Of a DNA stretch of 64,000 bases, positions 49,517 to 58,472 are shown one piece after another. The first letter of the stretch is position 1, and every line of letters begins with the position of its first letter. Origin of the DNA: an uncultured Bacteroidales bacterium (GTDB taxonomy: Bacteria; Bacteroidota; Bacteroidia; Bacteroidales; WCHB1-69); contig CAMHNQ010000001.1 of NCBI GenBank assembly GCA_946186495.1, forward strand, positions 46,289 to 110,288, in the 5' to 3' direction. The position numbers and the translations under genes are program-made. The notes under the pieces were generated by a model, which was not told where the DNA came from, did no database searches, and worked only from the letters and a program-made list of their open reading frames with translations.

Positions 49517-49630
49517 TCGTAAGGCTGATTGGAGGCCGGGACAATATCGCGCTGAGAATTGAAAATTCGAGGGCGAGGCGTATAGTTTCACGGATAACGG
49601 GATTTGTGGATAAAGATACCAGCGGTAGTT

Positions 49631-50215
49631 TCAGGCATGGATGGCGTTGCGCGCGGACATCTGGAATTCCGTGTCGAACTCGTCCGTTTCCATGAGATCT
49701 TCAAGGTGATGCCAGAGTTTCAGGATAAGGACGAGCTGTGCCTTTGCGGCGGGTCCGTTGCCGTCGGTGAGGTTGGCGACAGAGACCTCCTTGCGCCGGC
49801 CGTTGTGCCGGAACTTCACGCAGAACTCCTTCGGCGAAGGTTCCCTACTGTTCAACGTGAGCATATAGACCAGCGGACCACGATACTCCGAAAAAGGGAG
49901 TTTTGAAAATATTATGTTAAACAGGGAGATTACAAGAGTCTTTTGCGCGATGTTCACGGAGACCTTGCGGCACAGTCCGGCGATATACGCGCAGGCTGCC
50001 GCCGTGACCAAAACGGACAAGACGATTGTCACGACAGCCGGGTGGAGGCATCCGTATGCAATGGCGGAGACGGATACCAGCACAGCCGGCACCGCATGTT
50101 TCCAGATCTCGCGCCCTACCCTACCGAATGTGATGACATCTTGACCATCACTAATTTGAATATCAACAACATCTTTCAGCGCATCTGCTTGTTGCCGAAT
50201 CAAGTCAAGCCCCAT
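49631..50215 (-). CDS. Hypothetical two-TM membrane protein
   Basis: ATG ORF with two hydrophobic segments, preceded by an AT-rich leader. Confidence 0.6.
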   Translation of the reverse strand: MGLDLIRQQADALKDVVDIQISDGQDVITFGRVGREIWKHAVPAVLVSVSAIAYGCLHPAVVTIVLSVLVTAAACAYIAGLCRKVSVNIAQKTLVISLFNIIFSKLPFSEYRGPLVYMLTLNSREPSPKEFCVKFRHNGRRKEVSVANLTDGNGPAAKAQLVLILKLWHHLEDLMETDEFDTEFQMSARNAIHA

Positions 50216-50294
50216 TGTTCAGTATAAAAAAAATAATAAAAACCTTACAAAAAAGCATCACGATTCATTCAAAATTCATAATTCTGAATGACTG

Positions 50295-50375
50295 TGCGGA
50301 TGGGGGGACTCGAACCCCCACGGCTTTCGCCACCAGATCCTAAGTCTGGCGCGGCTACCATTACGCCACATCCGC
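50295..50375 (-). tRNA. tRNA-Leu(TAG), CCA not encoded
   Basis: GCGGATGTGGCGTAATGGTAGCCGCGCCAGACTTAGGATCTGGTGGCGAAAGCCGTGGGGGTTCGAGTCCCCCCATCCGCA; long variable arm. Confidence 0.96.
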
Positions 50376-50422
50376 AATTCGAGGCGGCAAAAGTACATTT
50401 TTTTTCGACACGCGCAACAGAA

Positions 50423-51163
50423 TCATGAAGATGGCTGGAGCGTGCGGTACACCAGTGCCGAAGGAGTGGACATGCCCTGTTCCGGGGTGCGGACGGTGAA
50501 GCTCTCCCCTACCGCCTCGTTCAGGCTTCCCTCCCACAGCCAAGTGAAACAGCGGTCCTGGACCGGGTATTTGAGTCCCTCAAAGGTGATGGGAATCTTG
50601 GGATTGCGGGGAAACACGGAGACTTGCATTCCGGGGAAGGCGTTCAAGCGTCCCTCTCCCCTAATGATATCAAAAACCCCATGTTCTGTCAGCATTGCCA
50701 GCCGGATCCACGCGGAATACATCACCAGGATGCTCAGGTTCGCGATGAAGTGGTCCTCCCGCAAACCGCCGCACCCCAACAGCAACACATCGTTGTATCC
50801 GTTTGCCATGCAATGTTTTAACGCCTTTTGGAGGTCGTTGTATTCCTCGCTCTTGTCGGGGTAATAGGGAATTTGGTGACCTTCGGCACAGACGCGACAA
50901 ACCGAATCCTCATCAGGGGTGTCCGAATCTGTTATGGAATCCGACAATTGTCCGTGCATGGAATCCCCGTCACCAACCACCAAATCCGGTATGATATTGA
51001 CGGACAACAACTTTTGAAGCGCGCCGTCGCAACAGACGACACGCTTCCGGGTTTTCAGGATATTCAACGACAATTCGGAGGAAGGCACCTCGCCGTTCGC
51101 CACGACCACCGTCGGACAAGCGGCAAACTCCTTTAGCCAAAATGCCATGCGAGACGGGTTCAT
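50423..51163 (-). CDS. thiN: Thiamine diphosphokinase
   Basis: VANGE, CCDGA, VGDGDS, NDLQKA, GLREDHFIAN, GLKYP, GSLNE; start uncertain. Confidence 0.88.
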   Translation of the reverse strand: MNPSRMAFWLKEFAACPTVVVANGEVPSSELSLNILKTRKRVVCCDGALQKLLSVNIIPDLVVGDGDSMHGQLSDSITDSDTPDEDSVCRVCAEGHQIPYYPDKSEEYNDLQKALKHCMANGYNDVLLLGCGGLREDHFIANLSILVMYSAWIRLAMLTEHGVFDIIRGEGRLNAFPGMQVSVFPRNPKIPITFEGLKYPVQDRCFTWLWEGSLNEAVGESFTVRTPEQGMSTPSALVYRTLQPSS

Positions 51164-51202
51164 GTTGAAGCCAATAGAAGAATCGAAACCTGCCACCAAC
51201 CG

Positions 51203-54200
51203 CTAAAGCCACCTTACGATGTTGAAATCCTGGTCATGCGGGAGGAGTTCGTGGTTGGGGATCACGCGTATGGCGCAGTCCCAGATGCCGACCCTGCGTG
51301 CAACCTTCTCGCAGACGAACGAGCAGATACCGTCGTGTTCAGCCTCGAAGAGGAAGGTTTCGCGGAACTCCAGCTTCTGTTTTTGATCATGACTCTCGGC
51401 GGTGATGAAGACCATCTCGATTTTCACATCTTTTGGGCGCAGGCCGCCCAGCTGCATCCGCAGGCGGCAATGCAGGTGGTCGCCCACGCTGTAGGTGTTC
51501 TTGTCGGTCTTCTGGTATTCGACATCAAGGCATCGGATGTCGTTCCAGCAGGAGAGGACGTTCTCCTTCCATTTGAGGAGCACTTTGACGTTCTCATTGT
51601 CGTTCTTGCTCAGAAGTTTGTGGCGGTTCATCAGTTTGTGGTAGAATTTGCGGTAGTAATCGTCGAGCTGGCGTTTCATTGTGAAATGAGGGGATATTTG
51701 GGTAAAGCATTTCTTCATCATTTCCACCCAAGCGGCGGGGACGCCTTGGTTGTCGCGGGTGTAGAAGGACTCCGTGATCGTCTCGTTGATTATATTGTAC
51801 AATGTCTCGGCGTCGAGTTCGTCCTGCATGCGGTTATCCTGATAGGTGATCTGTTCCTGGAGGGCCCAGCCGGCGCCGGGGACATAGCCTTCTGCCCACC
51901 AGCCGTCGAGAACGCTCAGGTTGAGCACGCCGTTCATCACGGCCTTTTCGCCGCTGGTGCCGGAAGCCTCCAAGGGACGAGTCGGGGTGTTCATCCAGAC
52001 ATCGCACCCCGAGACCAGTTTCTTGGCCAAGATCATGTTGTAGTTCTCCACGAAGACGATTTTGCCGACGAAATCCGGTTTGCGGCTCAATTCGATGATG
52101 CGTTTGATAAGGTCCTGTCCGGCCTTGTCGTGCGGATGTGCTTTGCCCGCAAAGATAAATTGCACAGGTTTTTCGGGATTGTTGAGCAGTGCTTTGAGTT
52201 TCTGCTCGTTCATGAAGAGCAGGTATGCGCGCTTGTAGGTGGCGAAGCGGCGGGCGAAACCGATGGTCAGCACATCGTCACGCAATGTGCGGAGCGTGGC
52301 GTCGATCAGTGCAGGTGACTCGTTGCGCGTGCGCATCTGTTCGTCCAGCAAGGAACGGATGGCGGCCATCATCTCCTGGCGGAGTTCCTGCTTCATGTTC
52401 CAGATTTCGGCGTCGGGAACAGACTCGATCTTTTTCCACACTATCGGGTTGGAGATGTCCTTGGTGAAGTCATCCCCGAACACGCGGCGATGGAGTTGCT
52501 GCCATTTTTTGTGTGCCCATGTGGGGTAATGGACGCCGTTCGTCACATAACCGATGTGCGACTCCTCGGCGAAGCGCCCCTCGTAGAGGTCGGCGAACAT
52601 TTCCTGCGACACGCGACCGTGGATGCGGCTCACTCCGTTGATTTCCTGAGAGAAACGGCATGCGAGGATGCTCATCGAGAACTTGTCGAAAGTGTCACTG
52701 TCGTGTTTGCGGCCGTAGCCCATGAAGGTCTCCCAGCTGACGTTGAATTGTTGCGAGTAGGTGGCGAAATAGGTTCGCATCAGGTCCTCGGTGAAGGCGT
52801 CGTGCCCTGCGGGGACTGGGGTGTGGGTGGTGTACAGTGACGAGGACTTCACGAGTTCTATGGCCACTTGCCGGTTGACATGCTCGGCCTGCATCACTTG
52901 CAGGATGCGTTCCAGGTTCAGGAAGGCCGCGTGGCCCTCGTTGAGGTGGAAGATGGACGGGGTTTCGCCGACGGCCTTGAGCATGCGCACGCCGCCGATG
53001 CCGAGCAGGATCTCCTGCTTCAGCCGGTTCTCGACATCGCCGCCATAGAGGGTGGCGGTCACGCCACGGTCCTCCTGCCAGTTCTTGTCGAAGTCGGTGT
53101 CGAGCAGGTAGAGCGGAATGCGCCCCACATCGACCCTCCAAATGCGTGCATAGAGGGTGCGGCCGGGCATGGGGACGCTGATGGTGAGCCAGTTGCCAGT
53201 CTCGTCCTTATAAGGCTTGAGGGGCAGTTTGGAGAAGCTCTGCGGCGGGTAGAGGTTTACTTGCTCGCCATAAGCGGAGATCTGCTGCTGGAAGTATCCG
53301 TAGCGGTAGAGAAGCCCCACCCCGAGCATGTTCACGTTGCAGTCGCTCGCCTCTTTGAGGTAGTCGCCCGCCAACATGCCCAAACCGCCGGAGAAGATCT
53401 TCAACTCGTTGCTGATGCCGAACTCCATGCTGAAATAGGCGACGCGTTCCTCGTCACGGGTGCGCGGCTCCTCCATATAAGCTTTGAATCGGTCGTAAAC
53501 AGCGTGCAGCCTGTGGATATAGGACTCGTTCTGGGCGAAGTTCTCCATCCGTTCGTACGGAAGCTGCTGAAGCATGAAGACCGGGTTCTCCTCGCAGGCT
53601 TTCCACAGTGCCGGGCCGGCGATCTCCTCGAAAAGCTCACGGGCCTCGTAGGTCCAACTCCACCACAAATTCTCCGACAATTTCTCCAGGAGGATGAGCG
53701 GTTTAGGCAGGTGCGACTTCACCGAGATGCGGTGCCAGTCGGGCTGCTCGACCTGAAGTTCTTGCTCCATCAGCCCCACGTTGGAGGTCTTGTTCTGATA
53801 GAGGGTGTAACGTTCGGCACTCTTGGCCAGTGCGATGTCGTAGGCTTTCTCGTAGTTGGCGAAGAGGTGCATCCACAGGGCCTTCTCAGCGATACCCATG
53901 GCCACGGTGCGGATACCCTCCATTGCCTGGGCGGTGCAGCGGCTGTAGTACATCACCCGTTCGGCGATGGCGTCCACCACCTCTTGGTCGTTGTCGTCCG
54001 TGCGCGGGATCACGCACACGCTCTCCTGTTGCGTGAAGTGCTCCTGCACCCAGGCACCGAAACCCGCAAGCGAAGTCGTGATGGTCGGGATGCCGAAAGC
54101 GATGCTCTCCAACGGAGTGTATCCCCACGGCTCGTAATAGGAAGGGAACACCGAAAGGTCAAAGCCGATCAGCAGGTCGTAATATTTCATGTTGAAGATG

Positions 54201-55432
54201 CCGTCCCCGCCGTCCAAGTAAACCGGAGCATAGACGATCTTGACGTTTTGCTCGGGGGAATTATGCAGGCCGTTGTTGTTCAATTCATTGAGGATCGGAT
54301 CGTGCTGCGGGTCGTGCAACACGTGGGTCACAAAGCGGTCCGACATGGGGATCCCGCTCACCGGCTGGGTCATCTGCGCGGCAATTTCCTCGTTGCGGCC
54401 GCTGTGCCCGGCAGGGACTGTGATGAAAGCCACGATGGTGCGGTCCGGATTGGCCTCAGCGACTTTCGCCAAGCTCTTGACGAAGACGTCAATGCCCTTG
54501 TTTTTGAACTCGTAGCGCCCACTGTTGATGACCAAGAGGGCGTCGTCGGTGATCTGGGTCTGAACCAAGGTGGAGGCCACCTGCAGCAGGCGTTCACGTG
54601 CCGCCTTGCGCTTGCGGGCGAACTCCTCCCCTTGCGGCACAAAGGCGTTTTCAAAGCCGTTGATGGTAATCACGTCGGCGGGCCGCTCGAAGAAGGCGGC
54701 GCACTCACGGTTGGTGATCTCGCTCACCGTGGTGTAGGCGTCGGCGATTTTTGCGGACAGGGACTCCAGGGAGAACTTGGACTGCACGCCGAAACGCGCA
54801 GCCGTGTCGAAGGGGTTGTACTGGGACGTGTTCCCGTACAGCGGCAGCCCGTTCCCGGCGATGCAGCGGCCGAGGACGGTCGCATGGGTCGTGAAGACGG
54901 TCGCAATCTGCGGCGTCACGGACTCCAGGTAGAGGATACCCGTACCCGTCATCCATTCGTGGAACTGAGCCACAATCTTGTCCATGGAGCTGCAGTAGAA
55001 GTTGTAGAAGCTCTCGATGACGCGGCCAGCGGCATAGCCGAAAAGCGCGGGCTCGATGTAGTCCCACTGCCCGGAAATAGAATCCAACTGGTAGCGCAGC
55101 CAGAATTTGGTCAGAATCTCGTTCTTCTTCTCGAAAAAGCTGGTGAAATCAACGAGGAAGACCACAGGCGAACCCACAATCTGCCAACGGCCGATGCGCA
55201 CCTTGAGCCCGTCGCGGGCCACGATGTCGCGCCAGTTCTTGAAAAGGGATGGATCCTCCACAAAATCGTCATTATATTCTTTGGAAATGTCAGGGCCGAT
55301 GCAGATGTACTGGTCGTGGTAGCTGTTGACCACGGTGGCCGCTTTGGTGGAGAGTACGGTATAGATGCCGCCCACCTTGTTGCATATTTCCCAGGATGTC
55401 TCGAAAAGATAATCGCTATTTCTATGATTCAT
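51203..55432 (-). CDS. glgP: Fused GT3 glycogen synthase plus GT35 alpha-glucan phosphorylase
   Basis: N-terminal SWEICNKVGGIYTV, FHEW, FPSYYEPWGYTP; C-terminal YFSMEFG, GGLG.LAGD, NEGH, ARRFATYKR, EASGTSGEK. Confidence 0.93.
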   Translation of the reverse strand: MNHRNSDYLFETSWEICNKVGGIYTVLSTKAATVVNSYHDQYICIGPDISKEYNDDFVEDPSLFKNWRDIVARDGLKVRIGRWQIVGSPVVFLVDFTSFFEKKNEILTKFWLRYQLDSISGQWDYIEPALFGYAAGRVIESFYNFYCSSMDKIVAQFHEWMTGTGILYLESVTPQIATVFTTHATVLGRCIAGNGLPLYGNTSQYNPFDTAARFGVQSKFSLESLSAKIADAYTTVSEITNRECAAFFERPADVITINGFENAFVPQGEEFARKRKAARERLLQVASTLVQTQITDDALLVINSGRYEFKNKGIDVFVKSLAKVAEANPDRTIVAFITVPAGHSGRNEEIAAQMTQPVSGIPMSDRFVTHVLHDPQHDPILNELNNNGLHNSPEQNVKIVYAPVYLDGGDGIFNMKYYDLLIGFDLSVFPSYYEPWGYTPLESIAFGIPTITTSLAGFGAWVQEHFTQQESVCVIPRTDDNDQEVVDAIAERVMYYSRCTAQAMEGIRTVAMGIAEKALWMHLFANYEKAYDIALAKSAERYTLYQNKTSNVGLMEQELQVEQPDWHRISVKSHLPKPLILLEKLSENLWWSWTYEARELFEEIAGPALWKACEENPVFMLQQLPYERMENFAQNESYIHRLHAVYDRFKAYMEEPRTRDEERVAYFSMEFGISNELKIFSGGLGMLAGDYLKEASDCNVNMLGVGLLYRYGYFQQQISAYGEQVNLYPPQSFSKLPLKPYKDETGNWLTISVPMPGRTLYARIWRVDVGRIPLYLLDTDFDKNWQEDRGVTATLYGGDVENRLKQEILLGIGGVRMLKAVGETPSIFHLNEGHAAFLNLERILQVMQAEHVNRQVAIELVKSSSLYTTHTPVPAGHDAFTEDLMRTYFATYSQQFNVSWETFMGYGRKHDSDTFDKFSMSILACRFSQEINGVSRIHGRVSQEMFADLYEGRFAEESHIGYVTNGVHYPTWAHKKWQQLHRRVFGDDFTKDISNPIVWKKIESVPDAEIWNMKQELRQEMMAAIRSLLDEQMRTRNESPALIDATLRTLRDDVLTIGFARRFATYKRAYLLFMNEQKLKALLNNPEKPVQFIFAGKAHPHDKAGQDLIKRIIELSRKPDFVGKIVFVENYNMILAKKLVSGCDVWMNTPTRPLEASGTSGEKAVMNGVLNLSVLDGWWAEGYVPGAGWALQEQITYQDNRMQDELDAETLYNIINETITESFYTRDNQGVPAAWVEMMKKCFTQISPHFTMKRQLDDYYRKFYHKLMNRHKLLSKNDNENVKVLLKWKENVLSCWNDIRCLDVEYQKTDKNTYSVGDHLHCRLRMQLGGLRPKDVKIEMVFITAESHDQKQKLEFRETFLFEAEHDGICSFVCEKVARRVGIWDCAIRVIPNHELLPHDQDFNIVRWL

Positions 55433-55566
55433 AAGTATTTAATGTTTATTTTTCCCAATTTTGCTATAAATGGCAAATATAAACAAAATACGAATACGGC
55501 CGACAAAAGGGATTCTTTGCCGGATGGGATTTTTTCGAGAGGGATGGATACTGGGATACCCGTCTT

Positions 55567-58401
55567 TTACAACTCTTTCGCGAGGAATTTCGCGGTGAAG
55601 CCCACGCCCTGGCGCACGATTTCCTCAGGAGTGCCGACGGCCACGATCTCGCCGCCGTTTCGGCCGCCGTCGGGTCCCATGTCGATAATCCAGTCCGCCA
55701 TCTTGATGACGTCCATGTTGTGTTCGATCACTATGACGGTGTTGCCTTTCTCGACAAGGCGGTTGAGCACGTCCATCAGAATGGCGATGTCATGGAAGTG
55801 CAGTCCCGTGGTGGGTTCGTCCAGAATGTACAGTGTACTACCGGTATCCTTCTTGGAGAGTTCGGAAGCCAACTTGATGCGCTGCGCCTCGCCGCCGGAG
55901 AGAGTCGTGGAGGGCTGTCCCAGCTTCAGGTAGCCAAGCCCCACGTCGTCCATGGTCTTGAGTTCGCGCACGATGTTCGGGATGTTCTCGAAGAACTCGA
56001 TGGCCTGGTGGATGTCCATCTCCAGGACATCGTTGATGGATTTTCCTTTGTAGCGGATCTCCAGGGTCTCGTCGTTGTAGCGCTTGCCGCCGCACTTGTC
56101 GCAGGTGACATAGACATCGGGCAGGAAGTTCATCTCAATGGTCTTCACACCCGCGCCCTTGCACTCTTCGCAACGGCCGCCGGTCACGTTGAAGGAGAAT
56201 CGGCCGGGCTTGTACCCGCGGATTTTGGACTCGGGCATCTGGGTGAAGAGTTTGCGGATGTCGTCGAAGACCCCCACGTAGGTGGCCGGGTTGGAGCGCG
56301 GGGTTCGCCCAATAGGCTGCTGGTTGATGTCAATGATTTTGTTGACATGTTCCAAGCCCGCGATGTCCCTGTATGGGAGCGGTTTCTTTTCGGCGCGGTA
56401 GATATATTGGTTCACGATGGGATAGAGAGTCTCGTTGATGAGCGTTGACTTGCCGCTTCCTGAGACGCCGGTGACGCAAATAAGGGTGCCCAGAGGGAAC
56501 TCTGCGGTCACGTTTTTGAGGTTGTTGCCGCTGGCCCCCACGATGGTGAGCCACTCCCCGTTGCCCTTGCGGCGCGTCTTCGGCACTTTGATTTTCTTCT
56601 TCCCCCGGAGGTAGTCGGCGGTCATGGAGCCGCTTTTGAGAATTTCCTTGTAGGTGCCGGCCGCGACAATCTCCCCGCCGTTCGCCCCCGCCGCAGGGCC
56701 CACGTCCACGATATAGTCGGCGGCCTTCATCATGTCGCGGTCGTGCTCGACCACGATCACGGAGTTGCCCATGTCGCGCAGGCGCCGAAGCGACTCGATG
56801 AGGTAGTGGTTGTCGCGCTGGTGCAGCCCGATGCTCGGTTCGTCGAGGATGTACATCACGTTGACAAGCTGGGAGCTGATCTGGGTGGCAAGTCGGATGC
56901 GTTGGGCTTCGCCGCCGGAGAGGGATCCGGAGGAGCGGTCAAGGGAGAGGTACTGCACGCCCACATCGCACAGGAACTCCAGACGGAAGGTGATTTCGCG
57001 GAGGATTTCGGAGGCGATGTGCTTTCGGGCGGGTTCGAGGTGCGCGGGCAGGGCCTTGCACCACGCCAGCAGCTCCGTCAGGTCCATGTGGGCCAGCTGG
57101 GCGATGTTCTTGTCCAGAATCCGGAAGTGCAGGGATTCGGTGCGGAGGCGCGCCCCATGGCAGTGCGGGCACGGGATGGTGTTCACGAACTGCGAAATCC
57201 ACTTGCGGAACGATGCGGGCATGCTTTCCTCATTGAGGTTGCCCAGGTAATTCACCACGCCCTCGAAAGTTTTACGCATCGGCGACAGTCCGGCCACCTC
57301 GCGCTTCACGTGCAGGATTTCTGTCGTGCCGTACAGCACCGCATTCAGCTGCTGCTCGGTCAGCTTCTTGATCGGATCGGAAAGGGAGAATCCATATTTC
57401 TCGGCCAATGCATCCAAGGTCCTGAACAGCAGCGTGTTCTTGTATTCTCCAAGAATGGCGATACCTCCGGCCTTGATGGACTTCCCCTTGTCGGGAATCA
57501 CCTTGTCGATGTCAATCTCGGTGATGCTGCCCAAACCGTTGCAGTACTCGCAGGCGCCGTAAGGGGAGTTGAAAGAGAAGGTGTTCGGTTCCGGTTCCGG
57601 ATAGGAGATTCCCGTGGTGGGGCACATCAGGAACTTGCTGTAGTTCTTCACCTCCTTGGTGTCGTTATTGAGGATCATGAGCGCACCTTTGCCGTACTTC
57701 ATGGCAATTTGTACGCTGTTGGCTAACCGTTTCTGCGAATAGTCCGACACGGTGAGATTGTCGATGGAGAGTTCGATGTCGTGGATTTTATAGCGGTCGA
57801 CCTGCATGCCCGCCATGAGGGGTTTCATCACCCCGTCGATGCGCACACGGGTGAAGCCCTGCTTGCGTATGTTCTCGAAAAGCTCACGGTAGTGGCCCTT
57901 GCGCCGTTTCACCACGGGGGCGAGGAGGGTGATGGAGGTGCCTTTGTATCGGGTCAGCACGAGGTCGATGAGTTCTTTCTCGGAATAGTGCACCATCTTC
58001 TCCTCGGTGTTGTAGGAGTATGCGTCGGCAACACGCGCGAAGAGAAGGCGCAGGAAGTCATAGACCTCCGTGACCGTCCCCACGGTGGATCGCGGGTTTT
58101 TGTTGACGGTCTTTTGTTCAATGGAAATCACGGGGTTCAGGCCGGAAATCTTGTCGACATCGGGGTGTTCCATATTGCCGATGAAGTGCCGGGCATAGGC
58201 TGAATAGGTCTCCATGTAGCGGCGCTGCCCCTCAGCGTAGATCGTGTCGAAAGCCAGCGAGGACTTGCCACTGCCGCTGAGGCCGGTGATTACCACCAGT
58301 TGTTGCTGCGGGATGGCCAGCGACACGTTCTTGAGGTTGTTCTCCCGGGCCCCCGTCACCACCAAAGTGTCCTCAGCCAATACGTTATTCTCCTTTTTCA
58401 C
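55567..58401 (-). CDS. uvrA: Excinuclease ABC subunit A
   Basis: GLSGSGKSSLAFDT, LSGGEAQRI (twice), GVSGSGKST, zinc fingers; GTG start; promoter TATCTTTG at 58432-58439. Confidence 0.97.
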   Translation of the reverse strand: MKKENNVLAEDTLVVTGARENNLKNVSLAIPQQQLVVITGLSGSGKSSLAFDTIYAEGQRRYMETYSAYARHFIGNMEHPDVDKISGLNPVISIEQKTVNKNPRSTVGTVTEVYDFLRLLFARVADAYSYNTEEKMVHYSEKELIDLVLTRYKGTSITLLAPVVKRRKGHYRELFENIRKQGFTRVRIDGVMKPLMAGMQVDRYKIHDIELSIDNLTVSDYSQKRLANSVQIAMKYGKGALMILNNDTKEVKNYSKFLMCPTTGISYPEPEPNTFSFNSPYGACEYCNGLGSITEIDIDKVIPDKGKSIKAGGIAILGEYKNTLLFRTLDALAEKYGFSLSDPIKKLTEQQLNAVLYGTTEILHVKREVAGLSPMRKTFEGVVNYLGNLNEESMPASFRKWISQFVNTIPCPHCHGARLRTESLHFRILDKNIAQLAHMDLTELLAWCKALPAHLEPARKHIASEILREITFRLEFLCDVGVQYLSLDRSSGSLSGGEAQRIRLATQISSQLVNVMYILDEPSIGLHQRDNHYLIESLRRLRDMGNSVIVVEHDRDMMKAADYIVDVGPAAGANGGEIVAAGTYKEILKSGSMTADYLRGKKKIKVPKTRRKGNGEWLTIVGASGNNLKNVTAEFPLGTLICVTGVSGSGKSTLINETLYPIVNQYIYRAEKKPLPYRDIAGLEHVNKIIDINQQPIGRTPRSNPATYVGVFDDIRKLFTQMPESKIRGYKPGRFSFNVTGGRCEECKGAGVKTIEMNFLPDVYVTCDKCGGKRYNDETLEIRYKGKSINDVLEMDIHQAIEFFENIPNIVRELKTMDDVGLGYLKLGQPSTTLSGGEAQRIKLASELSKKDTGSTLYILDEPTTGLHFHDIAILMDVLNRLVEKGNTVIVIEHNMDVIKMADWIIDMGPDGGRNGGEIVAVGTPEEIVRQGVGFTAKFLAKEL

Positions 58402-58472
58402 AATAGGTTCCTGATTTTTTTTACAAGGCCGCAAAGATACACTTTTTTTTGTGAGCGCAAATTGCCCTGTCT

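Noticed and set aside
49912-49922. Second XerD-arm-like TTATGTTAAAC
   Set aside because: Lies inside a CDS with no XerC arm at the correct spacing.
41881-50375. Prophage or ICE at either tRNA
   Set aside because: No integrase, no att duplication; flanking genes are housekeeping.
52868-55933. 1021-aa plus-strand ORF (also 12826-14664, 4814-6019, 20102-21283, 32159-33445 and similar)
   Set aside because: Antisense shadows of real genes caused by GC-rich codon bias; no recognisable motifs.
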